Shown one piece after another: positions 9,004 to 19,161 of a stretch of 64,000 nucleotides of DNA. The DNA is taken from NCBI GenBank assembly GCA_041651295.1, contig JBAZJN010000003.1, positions 14,016 to 78,015 on the forward strand. Direction: 5' to 3'. The notes below the pieces were generated by a model, which saw only the letters and a program-made list of their open reading frames with translations, ran no database searches and was not told the DNA's origin. Source of the stretch: Patescibacteria group bacterium (lineage in GTDB: Bacteria > Patescibacteriota > UBA1384 > XYA2-FULL-43-10 > CAINNR01). Position 1 is the stretch's first letter, and each line of letters starts with the position of its first letter. The position numbers and the translations under genes are program-made.

Positions 9004-9087
9004 CTTGGTCTCCTATGTCCTCTGTAGCCGTGGCGAAGGAAGATTAATTCCTAACAAAAGTAATACTAACAAATTACTCAAGTTTGG

Positions 9088-9855
9088 TCAAGCATTTAAG
9101 CTCTTCTTTGTAATCAATCGGATAGTTTTTTGCGATATGCCAAATGTTGCCGGTGTTTTAGCAAAGGGCCGACCATCAACAAGAATGGACAGTTGGCGAG
9201 GAGAAAATAATCTAAGCCCATCACTGCGAATAATTGTTGCGTCTTTCTCTTTAGCGCCTGGAACAGAGCCGACAGCCCGCTTCAATCTACTCCAAATGGT
9301 ATCAAATTTTGGATCAACGCTTTTCATAATCACATCCAAGAGTCCTGGATCTTTTTTGTTGACTCCGGGCATAACATTTGCAATATAAAGCTCCCGAGCC
9401 TTTGCCTGGACAATATAATTCTCAAACTCCAAAGTCAGAGATGCAGGCCGCTCCAAATCAACTTCGCAATAACTAAAAAAAACATGCTTTTCATTAAGTA
9501 TCCCTACTCTCGTATCAGTAATTTTTCTATATCTAAGACTGGTAGCCGCCTCTTCCCAGGTTGTGACGCCGATTGTCTTTAAAATATTGTCGCTGGCCTT
9601 CAGCGGCACAATACCAAAAGCCTGCTGTTTGGAGAGCATAACTGCTGCTACTTCATCTATTAAGTCATCCGAACCGATTGCAACAATTGTCGAGTAGCCT
9701 TTAAAAACGCCTTGCTCGGCTAAATCCCTCGCCGGCCGAATTCTATCAGGAATCACAAACTCACCGGAGATACCAAGCCCTGACAAGTAATCCTTTATAA
9801 CTTCGATCTGCCGGCGATTTTTGCACTTTCTGACATCAAAAATATAATAGTACAT
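9088..9855 (-). CDS. Diacylglycerol/lipid kinase-like (DAGK catalytic domain) protein
   Basis: 255 aa with YegS/BmrU-like layout. The usual GGDGT motif appears degenerate here (AIGSDDLIDEV). Confidence 0.45.
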   Translation of the reverse strand: MYYYIFDVRKCKNRRQIEVIKDYLSGLGISGEFVIPDRIRPARDLAEQGVFKGYSTIVAIGSDDLIDEVAAVMLSKQQAFGIVPLKASDNILKTIGVTTWEEAATSLRYRKITDTRVGILNEKHVFFSYCEVDLERPASLTLEFENYIVQAKARELYIANVMPGVNKKDPGLLDVIMKSVDPKFDTIWSRLKRAVGSVPGAKEKDATIIRSDGLRLFSPRQLSILVDGRPFAKTPATFGISQKTIRLITKKSLNA

Positions 9856-9874
9856 TTATTAGTGCCAGCTTAAT

Positions 9875-10285
9875 TTATTTTGAAGACTTTTCTTCTTCCG
9901 GCTCCTCCTCCGGCTTTTCATCTTTTGTTTCAATTGCGTCACCAGCTTGGTCTGGCATTGCAGACTTGCCAATAAAGATAGCTCCTTGTTTGATAATAAG
10001 AGACTTGGCATTGATATCCCCAATAACTTTTCCGGTGGGATTTATCTCAAGTTTTTCCGAAGCCTCAATTAAACCTTTGATAGTTCCCGAAACTTCGATA
10101 ACTTTTGCCGCAACCGGGCCTTTGATCATCGCGGTTTCACCGACTGTGATATTATCATCGCTGCGCACCTCCCCTTCAACAGATCCGTTAACCTGAATAG
10201 AACCTTGATTTTTTAGATTGCCTTTGAGGTTCACATTCAAACCTATCACAGTGTCAACGCTTTCAACCATTCTTTCTCCTTTCAA
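9875..10285 (-). CDS. Bactofilin (polymer-forming cytoskeletal protein)
   Basis: A repetitive beta-helix core (NLKGNLKNQGSIQVNGSVEGEV...IKGPV...VSGTIKGLI...GKVIGDI) is followed by an acidic tail. Confidence 0.8.
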   Translation of the reverse strand: MKGERMVESVDTVIGLNVNLKGNLKNQGSIQVNGSVEGEVRSDDNITVGETAMIKGPVAAKVIEVSGTIKGLIEASEKLEINPTGKVIGDINAKSLIIKQGAIFIGKSAMPDQAGDAIETKDEKPEEEPEEEKSSK

Positions 10286-10481
10286 TCCCCTAATTGTTGT
10301 ATATGTAATTTATTATAGAATATACTAGCATACTTGACGGAATTTAGACAGAAATTGTCCTACATAACTTAACCTAACAAAAAAAATATTCTTTTGGAAG
10401 AGGCCAAACACTTAGCCTTTACTTCTATTGACAAACTTGCTACAATACCTAGCAGTTTGGCTATAAATTTAGTACTAATAT

Positions 10482-13301
10482 ATGAACAAAATAAAAATCA
10501 TCGGCGCCAGAGAACATAATTTGAAAAATGTCTCTCTTGAAATCCCGCGAGACAAAATGGTTGTTATTACCGGACTCTCCGGTTCGGGAAAATCATCATT
10601 GGCCTTTGATACCATTTTTGCCGAGGGACAGCGAAGATATGTTGAAAGTTTATCTTCGTATGCCAGACAATTTCTCGGCGTGATGGAAAAGCCGGACGTT
10701 GATTATATCGAAGGCCTGTCGCCGGCTATTTCTATTGACCAAAAATCCGCGTCCAATAATCCCAGATCAACCGTGGGGACAATCACGGAAATATACGATT
10801 ATTTAAGATTGCTTTTCGCCAGAATCGGTATTCCTCATTGCCCAAACTGTAAAAAACCGGTCAAACAACAAACTCCGACGCAAATCGCCAACCAGCTGCT
10901 CAATAATACTACTGAGACACTCAGGGTAATGATTCTGGCAATTTTGGTTTCAGATAGAAAAGGCGAACACCAAGATGTTTTTGCCCGAATAAGAAAATCC
11001 GGATTCTCGCGGGTTCGGGTCGATGGAGCCGTCATGGACATCGACGAAGCAGAATCAAAGGAACTGGATCGACAAAAAAAACACACGATTGAGGTGGTAA
11101 TTGATCGGTTGATAATTGAGCACGGTGGCAAAGACAAAAGTACGGAGATGAGACTTTTTGATTCTATTGAAAAAGCATTGGAAATTGGCGGAGGCTATAT
11201 AAAAGTTGCGTACATTGACAAGAAAACAGAAGAGCAATTTTCTGAACAATTCGCTTGTCCCGACTGCAACATATCACTACCGGAAATTGCGCCTAGATCA
11301 TTTTCATTTAACTCTCCACATGGCGCTTGCCCGAGATGCCAAGGCCTGGGAACAATATTGGAGATTGATCCGAAACTGATTCTTCCCAATCCTCGCTTAA
11401 CAATTCTCGAAGGAGCTATTAGACCTTGGTCCAAAACAGCTTCCAATTCGACTTGGTACATGGCCGGATTAAGAGCGATGGCAGACAAGCACAAGATTCC
11501 GCTAGACAAACCGATCGGACAATTAAAAAAAGAACATCTTCGGAAGGTGCTCTACGGCACTGATGAAGATCGTTACGACGTTTCGGGTTATTCATTGAAA
11601 TACGAAGGTATTATTTCAAATTTAGAGCGACGCTACAAAGAGACGCAGAGCGATTATATACGTTCGGAAATTGAAAAATACATGGTAAACCGAGTTTGCC
11701 CGGTTTGCCAGGGGCAAAGACTCCGACCTGAAATTTTGGGAATTACGATCACCGATAAAAATATCATCGAAGTTTCGGATATGACTATTGATAGTTGCTA
11801 CAGTTTTTTTCAGGGACTTGAAGAAAAATTAAATGAAGAACAGAAAATTATCGCAAACCAAATAATTAAGGAGATAAAAGCAAGGTTATCCTTTCTTCTG
11901 AATGTAGGTCTGCCATATCTTACTATTAATCGAAATGCCGCCACCCTTTCGGGCGGGGAAGCACAAAGAATCAGATTGGCGACTCAAATTGGGTCCGGAC
12001 TCCAAGGTGTGTTATACATTTTGGATGAACCATCTATCGGTTTGCATCAGAAAGATAATTCCAAACTGTTAAAAACTTTAACCAACTTAAGAGACTTGGG
12101 AAATTCAATAATAATTGTCGAACATGATGAAGAAACAATCCGATCCGCTGATTGGCTAATTGATGTCGGCCCCGGCGCCGGTGAAGCAGGCGGCAAAATC
12201 ATTTTTGAGGGCACACCAAAAGAAATTGAAAAAGCCGATTCAATTACCGGTGAATACTTATCAGGAAAAAAGAAAATCGCCACCCCTAAAATTAGAAGAG
12301 ATGGTAACGGTAATAAAATTTCCATTTTGAAAGCCAGAGCCAATAATTTGAAAGATCTCGATGTTGAAATCCCGCTAAATACGTTTACTTGCATTACAGG
12401 AGTTTCTGGCTCGGGCAAATCTACTTTAATTAATGATATCCTGTCGAAATCGCTGGCTAAAAAATTCTACCATGCAAAAGAAGTCCCAGGAGAGCATGAA
12501 GATATTGCCGGCACGGAAAATATTGATAAAGTAATAACGATTGACCAATCCCCGATCGGCAAGACTCCCAGGAGTAATCCGGCAACATATACGGCAGTCT
12601 TTACTTTTATTCGAGAATTGTTTGCTTCAACAGTTGAAGCAAAACTTCGAGGCTATAAGTCGGGACGCTTTTCTTTTAATGTTAAAGGAGGCAGATGCGA
12701 ACGCTGCCATGGTTGCGGAGTTTTAAAGATTGAAATGCACTTTTTGCCGAATGTTTACATTAGCTGCCCGGAGTGTAAAGGCGCAAGATATAACCACGAG
12801 GCGCTTGAAATTCATTATAAGGATAAAAATATATCCGAAGTTCTTGATATGACCGTAGATGAAGCGTTGAAATTTTTTGAAAATATTCCGGTAATAAAAC
12901 CAAAACTCCAAGTGCTTTCTGAGGTTGGTCTGGGATATATTAAACTTGGACAGCCAGCAACTACTTTGTCCGGCGGAGAAGCTCAAAGAATTAAATTGGC
13001 TACCGAACTTTCCCGCAAATCAACCGGCAGAACATTATATATTTTAGACGAACCGACTACAGGTCTGCATTTTGAAGATGTTAGTAAACTTCTTGGAGTA
13101 CTTATGGCTTTGGTTGACAAAGGAAATACTGTTGTGGTTATCGAACATAATTTAGACGTTATTAAATCGGCTGATTATATTATTGACTTGGGACCCGACG
13201 GCGGTGCGGCCGGCGGAGAAATTGTTGCCTTGGGAACTCCGGAAGATGTGGCCAAAAACTCAAAGTCATACACCGGCCAGTATTTAAAAAAAGTTTTATA
13301 A
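10482..13301 (+). CDS. uvrA: Excinuclease ABC subunit A
   Basis: 939 aa with two ABC ATPase modules ([26 protein letters not shown] twice), zinc modules ([28 protein letters not shown]) and a typical start ([13 protein letters not shown]). Confidence 0.97.
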   Translation: MNKIKIIGAREHNLKNVSLEIPRDKMVVITGLSGSGKSSLAFDTIFAEGQRRYVESLSSYARQFLGVMEKPDVDYIEGLSPAISIDQKSASNNPRSTVGTITEIYDYLRLLFARIGIPHCPNCKKPVKQQTPTQIANQLLNNTTETLRVMILAILVSDRKGEHQDVFARIRKSGFSRVRVDGAVMDIDEAESKELDRQKKHTIEVVIDRLIIEHGGKDKSTEMRLFDSIEKALEIGGGYIKVAYIDKKTEEQFSEQFACPDCNISLPEIAPRSFSFNSPHGACPRCQGLGTILEIDPKLILPNPRLTILEGAIRPWSKTASNSTWYMAGLRAMADKHKIPLDKPIGQLKKEHLRKVLYGTDEDRYDVSGYSLKYEGIISNLERRYKETQSDYIRSEIEKYMVNRVCPVCQGQRLRPEILGITITDKNIIEVSDMTIDSCYSFFQGLEEKLNEEQKIIANQIIKEIKARLSFLLNVGLPYLTINRNAATLSGGEAQRIRLATQIGSGLQGVLYILDEPSIGLHQKDNSKLLKTLTNLRDLGNSIIIVEHDEETIRSADWLIDVGPGAGEAGGKIIFEGTPKEIEKADSITGEYLSGKKKIATPKIRRDGNGNKISILKARANNLKDLDVEIPLNTFTCITGVSGSGKSTLINDILSKSLAKKFYHAKEVPGEHEDIAGTENIDKVITIDQSPIGKTPRSNPATYTAVFTFIRELFASTVEAKLRGYKSGRFSFNVKGGRCERCHGCGVLKIEMHFLPNVYISCPECKGARYNHEALEIHYKDKNISEVLDMTVDEALKFFENIPVIKPKLQVLSEVGLGYIKLGQPATTLSGGEAQRIKLATELSRKSTGRTLYILDEPTTGLHFEDVSKLLGVLMALVDKGNTVVVIEHNLDVIKSADYIIDLGPDGGAAGGEIVALGTPEDVAKNSKSYTGQYLKKVL

Positions 13302-13379
13302 CAAGACAGCGAAAACTTCGATCTTTAAATCGAGGATGAAGCGATTGATAGTAAAGCCGCAGGCACACAGAGCGTTAAA

Positions 13380-13410
13380 AAATACTCTGCGACTTTAACC
13401 CAGAGTATTT
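13380..13410. terminator. Hairpin between convergent uvrA and a membrane-protein gene (possible bidirectional terminator)
   Basis: A 10-bp stem (aaatactctg / cagagtattt) is flanked by an A-run and a T-rich tail. Confidence 0.35.
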
Positions 13411-13967
13411 TATAGTTTCTTCGATCTCTTAGCTAGAACTAAAAATAGTACCAATGTAAAAATTGCTACGGTTAAATATTCAGCCACGATAAGTTGTCGG
13501 CTAAAGTTTGAAGTATCAAAAAAACTAAACGATTTAGTTGAGAATTGAACAAAAAAAGAAATTAATAAAAAAATTGAAACGAGTGCTGAATAAACGGGTT
13601 TGATTCGATTGTGGATAATTAAAAATAACCCCTGTAATCCATAAACGGCGACCCAAAATATCTGGCCGAATGATAATATATCAAAACCATTCAGTGTTAT
13701 CCAAGTTGGATAATAAATAATCGCCGCTATTAGGTAAACAAAACTTGGAATCGAAGCGAACGATAACAAAAAATTATTTTGTTTCCCATAAATACTGGTC
13801 ATCCAATGAATTGCTAAAAGCATGGGAAAAATTGGGCAGATAGCGATAAAAGGCCAAAAAAATATCGGCAGGTTTATAATTCGCTCAAAATCATAAATCA
13901 AGGCTGATATCGACCAAATTACATCAATAATAATTAGAATTACCAGGATATTTTTCCTCAGCTGCAT
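13410..13967 (-). CDS. Polytopic membrane protein (about 5-6 TM), function unknown
   Basis: A 185-aa hydrophobic ORF with no overlapping alternative. Confidence 0.6.
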   Translation of the reverse strand: MQLRKNILVILIIIDVIWSISALIYDFERIINLPIFFWPFIAICPIFPMLLAIHWMTSIYGKQNNFLLSFASIPSFVYLIAAIIYYPTWITLNGFDILSFGQIFWVAVYGLQGLFLIIHNRIKPVYSALVSIFLLISFFVQFSTKSFSFFDTSNFSRQLIVAEYLTVAIFTLVLFLVLAKRSKKL

Positions 13968-14014
13968 AGATTAAGTATACTAAAGTTGTGATATAATTAG
14001 CAGTGGAGGCCTAA

Positions 14015-14251
14015 ATGGAAAATGAAAAAAATCTGATTGAATCAATTATTAAACTCAAGAGAGCGACTGACCGGTCAAATAGTCTAGGCTGGATGATACT
14101 AAAAGGTATTTTCTATAGCATTGGCTGGGTAATTGGTCTAGGTATTATTGCAACAATCTTGTTTTACATTCTTCCACAGACGGGAGAAGGAAATATTATC
14201 GGCAAATTTATCCACGCCATGTCCGACGCCCTCCGTCAAAACAATTATTGA
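14015..14251 (+). CDS. Small membrane protein, function unknown
   Basis: 78 aa with one long hydrophobic hairpin. GGAGG lies upstream of the ATG. Confidence 0.55.
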   Translation: MENEKNLIESIIKLKRATDRSNSLGWMILKGIFYSIGWVIGLGIIATILFYILPQTGEGNIIGKFIHAMSDALRQNNY

Positions 14252-14332
14252 CAGTAGATAAAGTTTGTTCTATAATTATTTTGTTTCGATATTCGGGTTT
14301 CGAATTTCGAAATTCTGGCATCGGCGGATTAT

Positions 14333-14718
14333 GGGGCTGTATTAGCTTCGACAGAAGGATTTTAGATACACTATTGCAAGCAGGTAAGCCATGACCTTAA
14401 CAATGCAAACTTTAAGTGCAAAAACACTTACAGAAAAAGTTAAAACTGCTTTCGCAGGATTAGCTCTTTCGCCAGTCGCCGCTTAATTGCAGCGACCGTT
14501 CACTTGAAATCTACTCGAATTTCGAGATTCGAACGTCATACTTCGAGTTGCACTTAGCCTGACTCCTTAGCGGTTTAAGTCAAGATATTCTAAGGATAGA
14601 CTGACGATTTTTTGCAGCGACTTTACCGTCAGTTCGAAAACTTTTAGTCGTTGATAAGCTTGTAGAAAATTTTGTGTCTACCTTTTGGACAGGGGTGCAA
14701 CTCCCCTCAGCTCCACCA
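14333..14718 (+). ncRNA. ssrA: tmRNA (SsrA)
   Basis: The 5' end GGGGCTGTATTAGCTTCGACAG and the 3' end GGACAGGGGTGCAACTCCCCTCAGCTCCACCA match the tmRNA tRNA-like domain. The acceptor stem carries G3-U70 (GGGGCTG / CAGCTCC). An internal tag frame ends ...KTAFAGLALSPVAA followed by TAA. Confidence 0.92.
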
Positions 14719-16243
14719 TATCGTTTTTTTGGTCGTTTTTGACCATTTCAATATCCCGAATTAGCTTCAAAATAGGACTAATTTCGGGGGTGTAAACTTT
14801 TTTGACAGAATTTATAAAAATGTCCTGTTTTGAAATCAAAAGTTTACACTCTATTTTGTCGGCATGTTCAAGTCCCCACCAGTTCGTTTTTAATTCTTTG
14901 ATATAGCCGACTGAAAACTCAACAAACTCAATAAAATCATTCTCAATATTTCCTGTTTCTGTGATCTCTTTTTCAAGTTCGACAATCTCCGCTTTCTTTT
15001 TCTCGATTGATTCTTTTAACTCCTCCGCAATATCTGGATGGCTGATAACGCCTTCTGCTAGTTTTGTTTTCTCGTCTTTTAGTTTCGCCAACCTGATATT
15101 AAGCTGTTTTAACAGCGAGAAGCTATCTTTTTGCTGTTCTGTCCAAACCCTTCGCAAAGCGTTCTTAAAACCCTCCGTGTTGCTCTCAACCATCTCTATG
15201 TTACCCAAAAGCTCATCAGTCCACTCGTGAGCGTTTTGCTTCTTAATCACCTTGTGACAACCCCTGCAACGATACTCCTCGCCAATCCAATTATTTTTGC
15301 CGTTTCTGTGATCGTAGCCAACTATTTTTTTATCCAAACAATCACCGCAATAAAACAAATTCGAAAGCGGGTATTTTGGATTGTGTTGTTTTCTTTGAAA
15401 CTTCCGCATTTTATTATCAACAATTAGTTGTAATTCTTCCCATTCTTCTAGAGTGATCATTGCTTTGTGCAGTCCTTTGTCGTTCCACAGCTCTTTGTCC
15501 CAAGTTTTAACTCTTAATGCTCCTGCATAATAGGGGTCTTTTAATAACCTCCGAAAAATATCAATTCGAATTAGTTTGCCACTAGGTGCTGTATAACCTT
15601 GATTTGTCAATCGTGCAAACGCCTCATTAACAGTGTATCGTTGCGTCAATACCTCTCTAAACGCCTTTTGGAGCGATCCAAAGCGAGCTGGATCTGGAAT
15701 ATGAAAACCATCTTCCGTTCCCTTGGCGTAACCCTGGTGAAGTGGGAATGGCCAATATCCAAGAGAGACTCGAGCCTTAAGCCCACGAAGCGATTTACCA
15801 GCTCTTTCATCATTACTCATTTCTGCTTGGAGAATTTTTAGTAATTTCCCGACTTTTGCTGCTGTTGTATTCTCATTTAATTCAGGTGAAGATGCATAAT
15901 AAACAATTACCCCTAACTTTTCAAATTCGACTTCATACCAGTAAAACTCTTTTATACATCTCATAAAACGGTCAACTTCATCTACAAGCAAATATTTAAC
16001 TTGACGATTTGCCTTACAAAATTCAAATGCTTGTTTCAAATCTTTTCTAGCAAGGTTTTTCCCAGCTCTGCTGGACTGATCCACTGACCATTGTTTAACA
16101 ATAGGAGCATCAAGAAGTTCTGATGCTTTTTTAACGCTTGATTCCTGCCTCTCTAGGCTGTTGCCTTCAATTTTTTGCTCCAATGTGGATACACGACACA
16201 GAGCAATAGATTTTATGCTCATTTTTATTTCCTCCGCCAACAC
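14678..16243 (-). CDS. Large serine recombinase (integrase)
   Basis: 521 aa. The N-terminal resolvase domain is IALCRVSTLEQ...LERQ. A recombinase domain, a Cys-rich zinc ribbon (YCGDC...CRGC) and a coiled-coil C-terminus follow. The last 13 codons are antisense to the tmRNA 3' end. Confidence 0.9.
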   Translation of the reverse strand: MLAEEIKMSIKSIALCRVSTLEQKIEGNSLERQESSVKKASELLDAPIVKQWSVDQSSRAGKNLARKDLKQAFEFCKANRQVKYLLVDEVDRFMRCIKEFYWYEVEFEKLGVIVYYASSPELNENTTAAKVGKLLKILQAEMSNDERAGKSLRGLKARVSLGYWPFPLHQGYAKGTEDGFHIPDPARFGSLQKAFREVLTQRYTVNEAFARLTNQGYTAPSGKLIRIDIFRRLLKDPYYAGALRVKTWDKELWNDKGLHKAMITLEEWEELQLIVDNKMRKFQRKQHNPKYPLSNLFYCGDCLDKKIVGYDHRNGKNNWIGEEYRCRGCHKVIKKQNAHEWTDELLGNIEMVESNTEGFKNALRRVWTEQQKDSFSLLKQLNIRLAKLKDEKTKLAEGVISHPDIAEELKESIEKKKAEIVELEKEITETGNIENDFIEFVEFSVGYIKELKTNWWGLEHADKIECKLLISKQDIFINSVKKVYTPEISPILKLIRDIEMVKNDQKNDMVELRGVAPLSKR

Positions 16244-16256
16244 AAAAGGCAGCCTC

Positions 16257-16340
16257 TGGACAATCCGCTACGACACGGAATGAAGAGACTGCCATTTGCG
16301 TCAACAAGTAATAATTGATTGTGTCGTAGTTTATTGTCCA
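16257..16340. repeat. Imperfect inverted repeat just upstream of the recombinase start
   Basis: tggacaatCCGctacgacac (16257-16276) pairs with gtgtcgtagTTTattgtcca (16321-16340). That is 17 of 20 positions complementary with a 44-nt spacer. Confidence 0.6.
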
Positions 16341-16346
16341 TATTTA

Positions 16347-16493
16347 TTATACTCTTTCCTTAATTTTTAATAAAGATTCTTTGATTTTTTTCTTTCTATA
16401 TTGTTTATACAAAAATCTTGCCCAAGCTTCGTTTTCTTGTTCAATGATTTTACTGTTTATCGTCTTATTTGTTTTTATGCTATCATCGTTCAT
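16347..16493 (-). CDS. Small basic ORF (48 aa) upstream of the recombinase
   Basis: Hand-translated as MNDDSIKTNKTINSKIIEQENEAWARFLYKQYRKKKIKESLLKIKERV. It is below the ORF-track length cutoff and has the same orientation as the recombinase. Confidence 0.35.
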   Translation of the reverse strand: MNDDSIKTNKTINSKIIEQENEAWARFLYKQYRKKKIKESLLKIKERV

Positions 16494-16563
16494 TCTTATA
16501 CGAATTTGTTAGATTTTGAATATTTTTACCCTTGATTTCTTATGTTTATTTAGAATAAAGGCA

Positions 16564-16722
16564 TTATTTGTTAGCCCATGGTCTGAACGGAAAAAGTGAG
16601 CAATTTTCTAGCAAACAATCAGTTTTTGTCTGGTGGCACATACAGTCATAACATTTAGCTTTGATTGCTTTTTCGATCTCCACTTTGAATCCAGTCAATC
16701 TTTTCTTTTTTTCTCGATTCAT
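16564..16722 (-). CDS. Small Cys-rich ORF (about 52 aa), mobile-element type
   Basis: Hand-translated as MNREKKKRLTGFKVEIEKAIKAKCYDCMCHQTKTDCLLENCSLFPFRPWANK. The pattern is CxxC..C..CxLxPxRP. AAGGA lies upstream. Confidence 0.45.
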   Translation of the reverse strand: MNREKKKRLTGFKVEIEKAIKAKCYDCMCHQTKTDCLLENCSLFPFRPWANK

Positions 16723-17171
16723 TCAATTCCTTTCAAAAGAAAATCCCTGTAGTAACAGAACGAAAACTACAAGGATTATCTTTGTTCTGTTAATAAATTT
16801 TTTACAAAAAAAGGCAGCGTTGAGTGCTGCCTACAAAAAAGAGACTAAACTAAATAAAGAATAGACATGCACCCAGGTGCATCGGCTATTCTCCGTCAGG
16901 TTTAATCTCGCCAGTAAATAAGAGATTGATAATGGATTTTGGTTTTCCATTTAAGCAAAGCCAATTGCTTAACGATTTTTCCAGATTTCTCCACTAGATG
17001 TTATTTACTGATAACACGGAACTAATTTCCCATTCAGAAGAATGTTTTATAAATGTTCGAAGAACAATTCAATTTTATCGCTAAATTGGTGACTTGTCAA
17101 ATTTCATTAAAATTATGTTGTAGCGTCGGCACGATTGAATCTTGTCAGCTAATTTGGTAGTATTTAATCGT

Positions 17172-17297
17172 CTAGGTAACCATGGCGAATTGGCTATTTT
17201 TGCCAACGAACGATTATGCCCGATATAGGGCAGTCGTTCGAAAAACTGGGCGTAATCCGCCTGGTTGCCTAGACAGCTAGAACGGCTGTCCTTTTTA
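17172..17297 (+). promoter_or_regulatory. Structured leader ending in an intrinsic terminator (riboswitch-like or attenuator) upstream of two small membrane-protein genes
   Basis: A closing stem (ctaggtaacc 17172-17181 with ggttgcctag 17263-17272) encloses an inner hairpin at 17207-17240 (cgaacga/tgccc...gggca/tcgttcg). A terminator follows (gacagc...gctgtc plus cttttt, 17272-17297), about 25 nt before ATG 17322. Confidence 0.4.
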
Positions 17298-17321
17298 TTC
17301 AATGAAAATAATTGAAATAAA

Positions 17322-17600
17322 ATGAAAAAAATAATAGTGAGAGTCAAAGCGTTTTGTGCATTAATTGTTTGTCTGGCGATTATTTTGATGACCACAGTGG
17401 GGTTCCAGTGGGCAATTTGGACGGGGTTGTATCCAAGCAGCCTATTCTTGGTGATTATTGCTTGCCCGATAGCGTTGCTTACTGCGATTTGGGTACTAAT
17501 TGAGTTTGGCAAGCTTATTCCTGACCTTTTCAAAGTGGTAATTACTGGAAAAGAAATTTATTATTCAGCAGATGATGACTATCATTATCCAACTTGCTGA
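17322..17600 (+). CDS. Small 2-TM membrane protein (island cargo)
   Basis: 92 aa with two clear hydrophobic helices. I prefer it to the overlapping antisense ORF 17081-17533. Confidence 0.55.
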   Translation: MKKIIVRVKAFCALIVCLAIILMTTVGFQWAIWTGLYPSSLFLVIIACPIALLTAIWVLIEFGKLIPDLFKVVITGKEIYYSADDDYHYPTC

Positions 17601-17703
17601 TTAAAATAATAACAGTATCGTGGATAGAAAGGCCTCGTAGATCAATTTATGCTCGAATTAGATAGTTTGCAAGAATAATAAAGTAATTTAGAAAGAAGAT
17701 AAA

Positions 17704-18090
17704 ATGACCGAATCTAACATTGCGAAAGTTTCGGCCAAAAAATGGTATCAAAAGCCTTTTTGGTTGATCGGTTTAGTTGTTCTTGCTTTCGGGAGTATTA
17801 GTGATAGTACAAGCGTCGAGCGGTTTTTAATCTTGATTTTTGTAATTACAGGAATTTTATTCTTATTGTGGTTTTATTCTGCCATGAAAACGAAACATAA
17901 ATTTTTTGCATTTACAATTTCAATGTTTATTACAATAATTTTGTTGATTGTATTGTTCCTGTTATTAAATTGGATCAAATGCGGGGGTTCTTACTATGGA
18001 ATTTTTGGTGGAAGATGTCCAACCTATCGAGAATCAATTTATAGTACTTCATCAACTACTTCTGGGAAAAAAGGTTTAGATAAGTATTAA
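17704..18090 (+). CDS. Small 3-TM membrane protein (island cargo)
   Basis: 128 aa with three hydrophobic helices and a Cys/Gly/Ser-rich tail. Confidence 0.55.
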   Translation: MTESNIAKVSAKKWYQKPFWLIGLVVLAFGSISDSTSVERFLILIFVITGILFLLWFYSAMKTKHKFFAFTISMFITIILLIVLFLLLNWIKCGGSYYGIFGGRCPTYRESIYSTSSTTSGKKGLDKY

Positions 18091-18314
18091 GTAGTTTTAA
18101 CTATTTTAGTATTGGAGTTAGAACTACAATAAAAGTATAATTTACTTTGACATTAGTTAATAGAAAAGACTTGATACTGAAATTGTTGCATTTTGTTGCA
18201 TAACTAAATATTTTTGCTGCAATTCTGTGTTCGTCATATTGAAACAGAGGGGGTGGGATAAGAATCATTTTTCGGGGGTATGGCACATTCATTTTTCTAT
18301 CTTCATTTGTCAAA

Positions 18315-19160
18315 CTACTCAAGTGATGAAGGCAACTCATTATTGCCAATAGGGGACAACTCAACACGGGCCTTTATAGAGTCGCCTAAAATTTCCTCGT
18401 TTATTAACTTGCCTAAGGATTCACTCGTAATTCTTTGCAGCACTCGCTTGACAGTTTTAATGTTATCTTTTCCAATACCATGTATTGTTAAATACAACAA
18501 ACCAAATTCTACATTTTCTCTAATTTTTTTAAAGATTTTGTTGTTGATGTCATCATCGGTCATGCCTTGATAAACAAAAACAGCTGTTGGATAGCTATCA
18601 ATTAGGTCGTAAAAAATACTCCTAAATTTTTCAGGTTCTAGCCATTTTTCTTTATCGAGCTCCTTAAATAGGGGTATTATGCTGTTTTCCAAATAGCCTG
18701 CGGTGCAAAGATTACTTAAGTTTGCACCCCTTGTTCCATATCGACTTATGATCTGTGTTTTCAGCAATTTGCATCGTTCTCTGTCTCCGCTCTTATAAAC
18801 TTTTCTTAAATACAATGCAGTTTCGAGTAAATTAAGATCTACTTGTGGCAATCTATTTCTGAAAAAACCTACAATGCTTTGATATTCTTGATCTGATGAT
18901 ATTTTTGCATAATCTAGGCAGGTTAAATCAGCACTGGGCTCAATAAATTCCATCCGTCTACTAAAACTACTAGTTATAAAGTCATCAATAACTTGCTTTT
19001 CTTCACCTTTGGCATAATGGGGATTAACTATATTAACAACACAATTTTCGAGTTTAACTTCAACCTTCTTCTCTTCAGAAGTTAGTATTTTTATGCCACT
19101 CAAAATACTGGATCTTTTTATTTGAAATTTTTCAAATAATTTTTCCCAGATACTCACCAT
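18315..19160 (-). CDS. Hypothetical protein (island cargo)
   Basis: 281 aa. The start is 1 nt after the stop of the upstream 82-aa ORF. The C-terminal segment YLTIHGIGKDNIKTVKRVL is weakly Smr-like. Confidence 0.6.
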   Translation of the reverse strand: MVSIWEKLFEKFQIKRSSILSGIKILTSEEKKVEVKLENCVVNIVNPHYAKGEEKQVIDDFITSSFSRRMEFIEPSADLTCLDYAKISSDQEYQSIVGFFRNRLPQVDLNLLETALYLRKVYKSGDRERCKLLKTQIISRYGTRGANLSNLCTAGYLENSIIPLFKELDKEKWLEPEKFRSIFYDLIDSYPTAVFVYQGMTDDDINNKIFKKIRENVEFGLLYLTIHGIGKDNIKTVKRVLQRITSESLGKLINEEILGDSIKARVELSPIGNNELPSSLE

Positions 19161-19161
19161 G

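Noticed and set aside
8978-9388. A 136-aa plus-strand ORF spanning the infC start and the lipid-kinase-like gene.
   Set aside because: It is antisense to two better-supported genes and has no Shine-Dalgarno sequence or motifs.
14302-14315. A perfect 14-nt palindrome, gaatttcgaaattc, about 20 nt upstream of the tmRNA 5' end. Related tcgaatttcgagattcgaa strings occur inside the tmRNA.
   Set aside because: It is AT-rich, short and isolated, and could be an operator or a chance palindrome. I could not connect it to the island repeats, so I do not report it as a feature.
17081-17533. A 150-aa minus-strand ORF in the tmRNA island.
   Set aside because: It overlaps the convincing 2-TM plus-strand ORF 17322-17600 and the structured leader plus terminator. 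Its translation looks random (no motif, odd composition).
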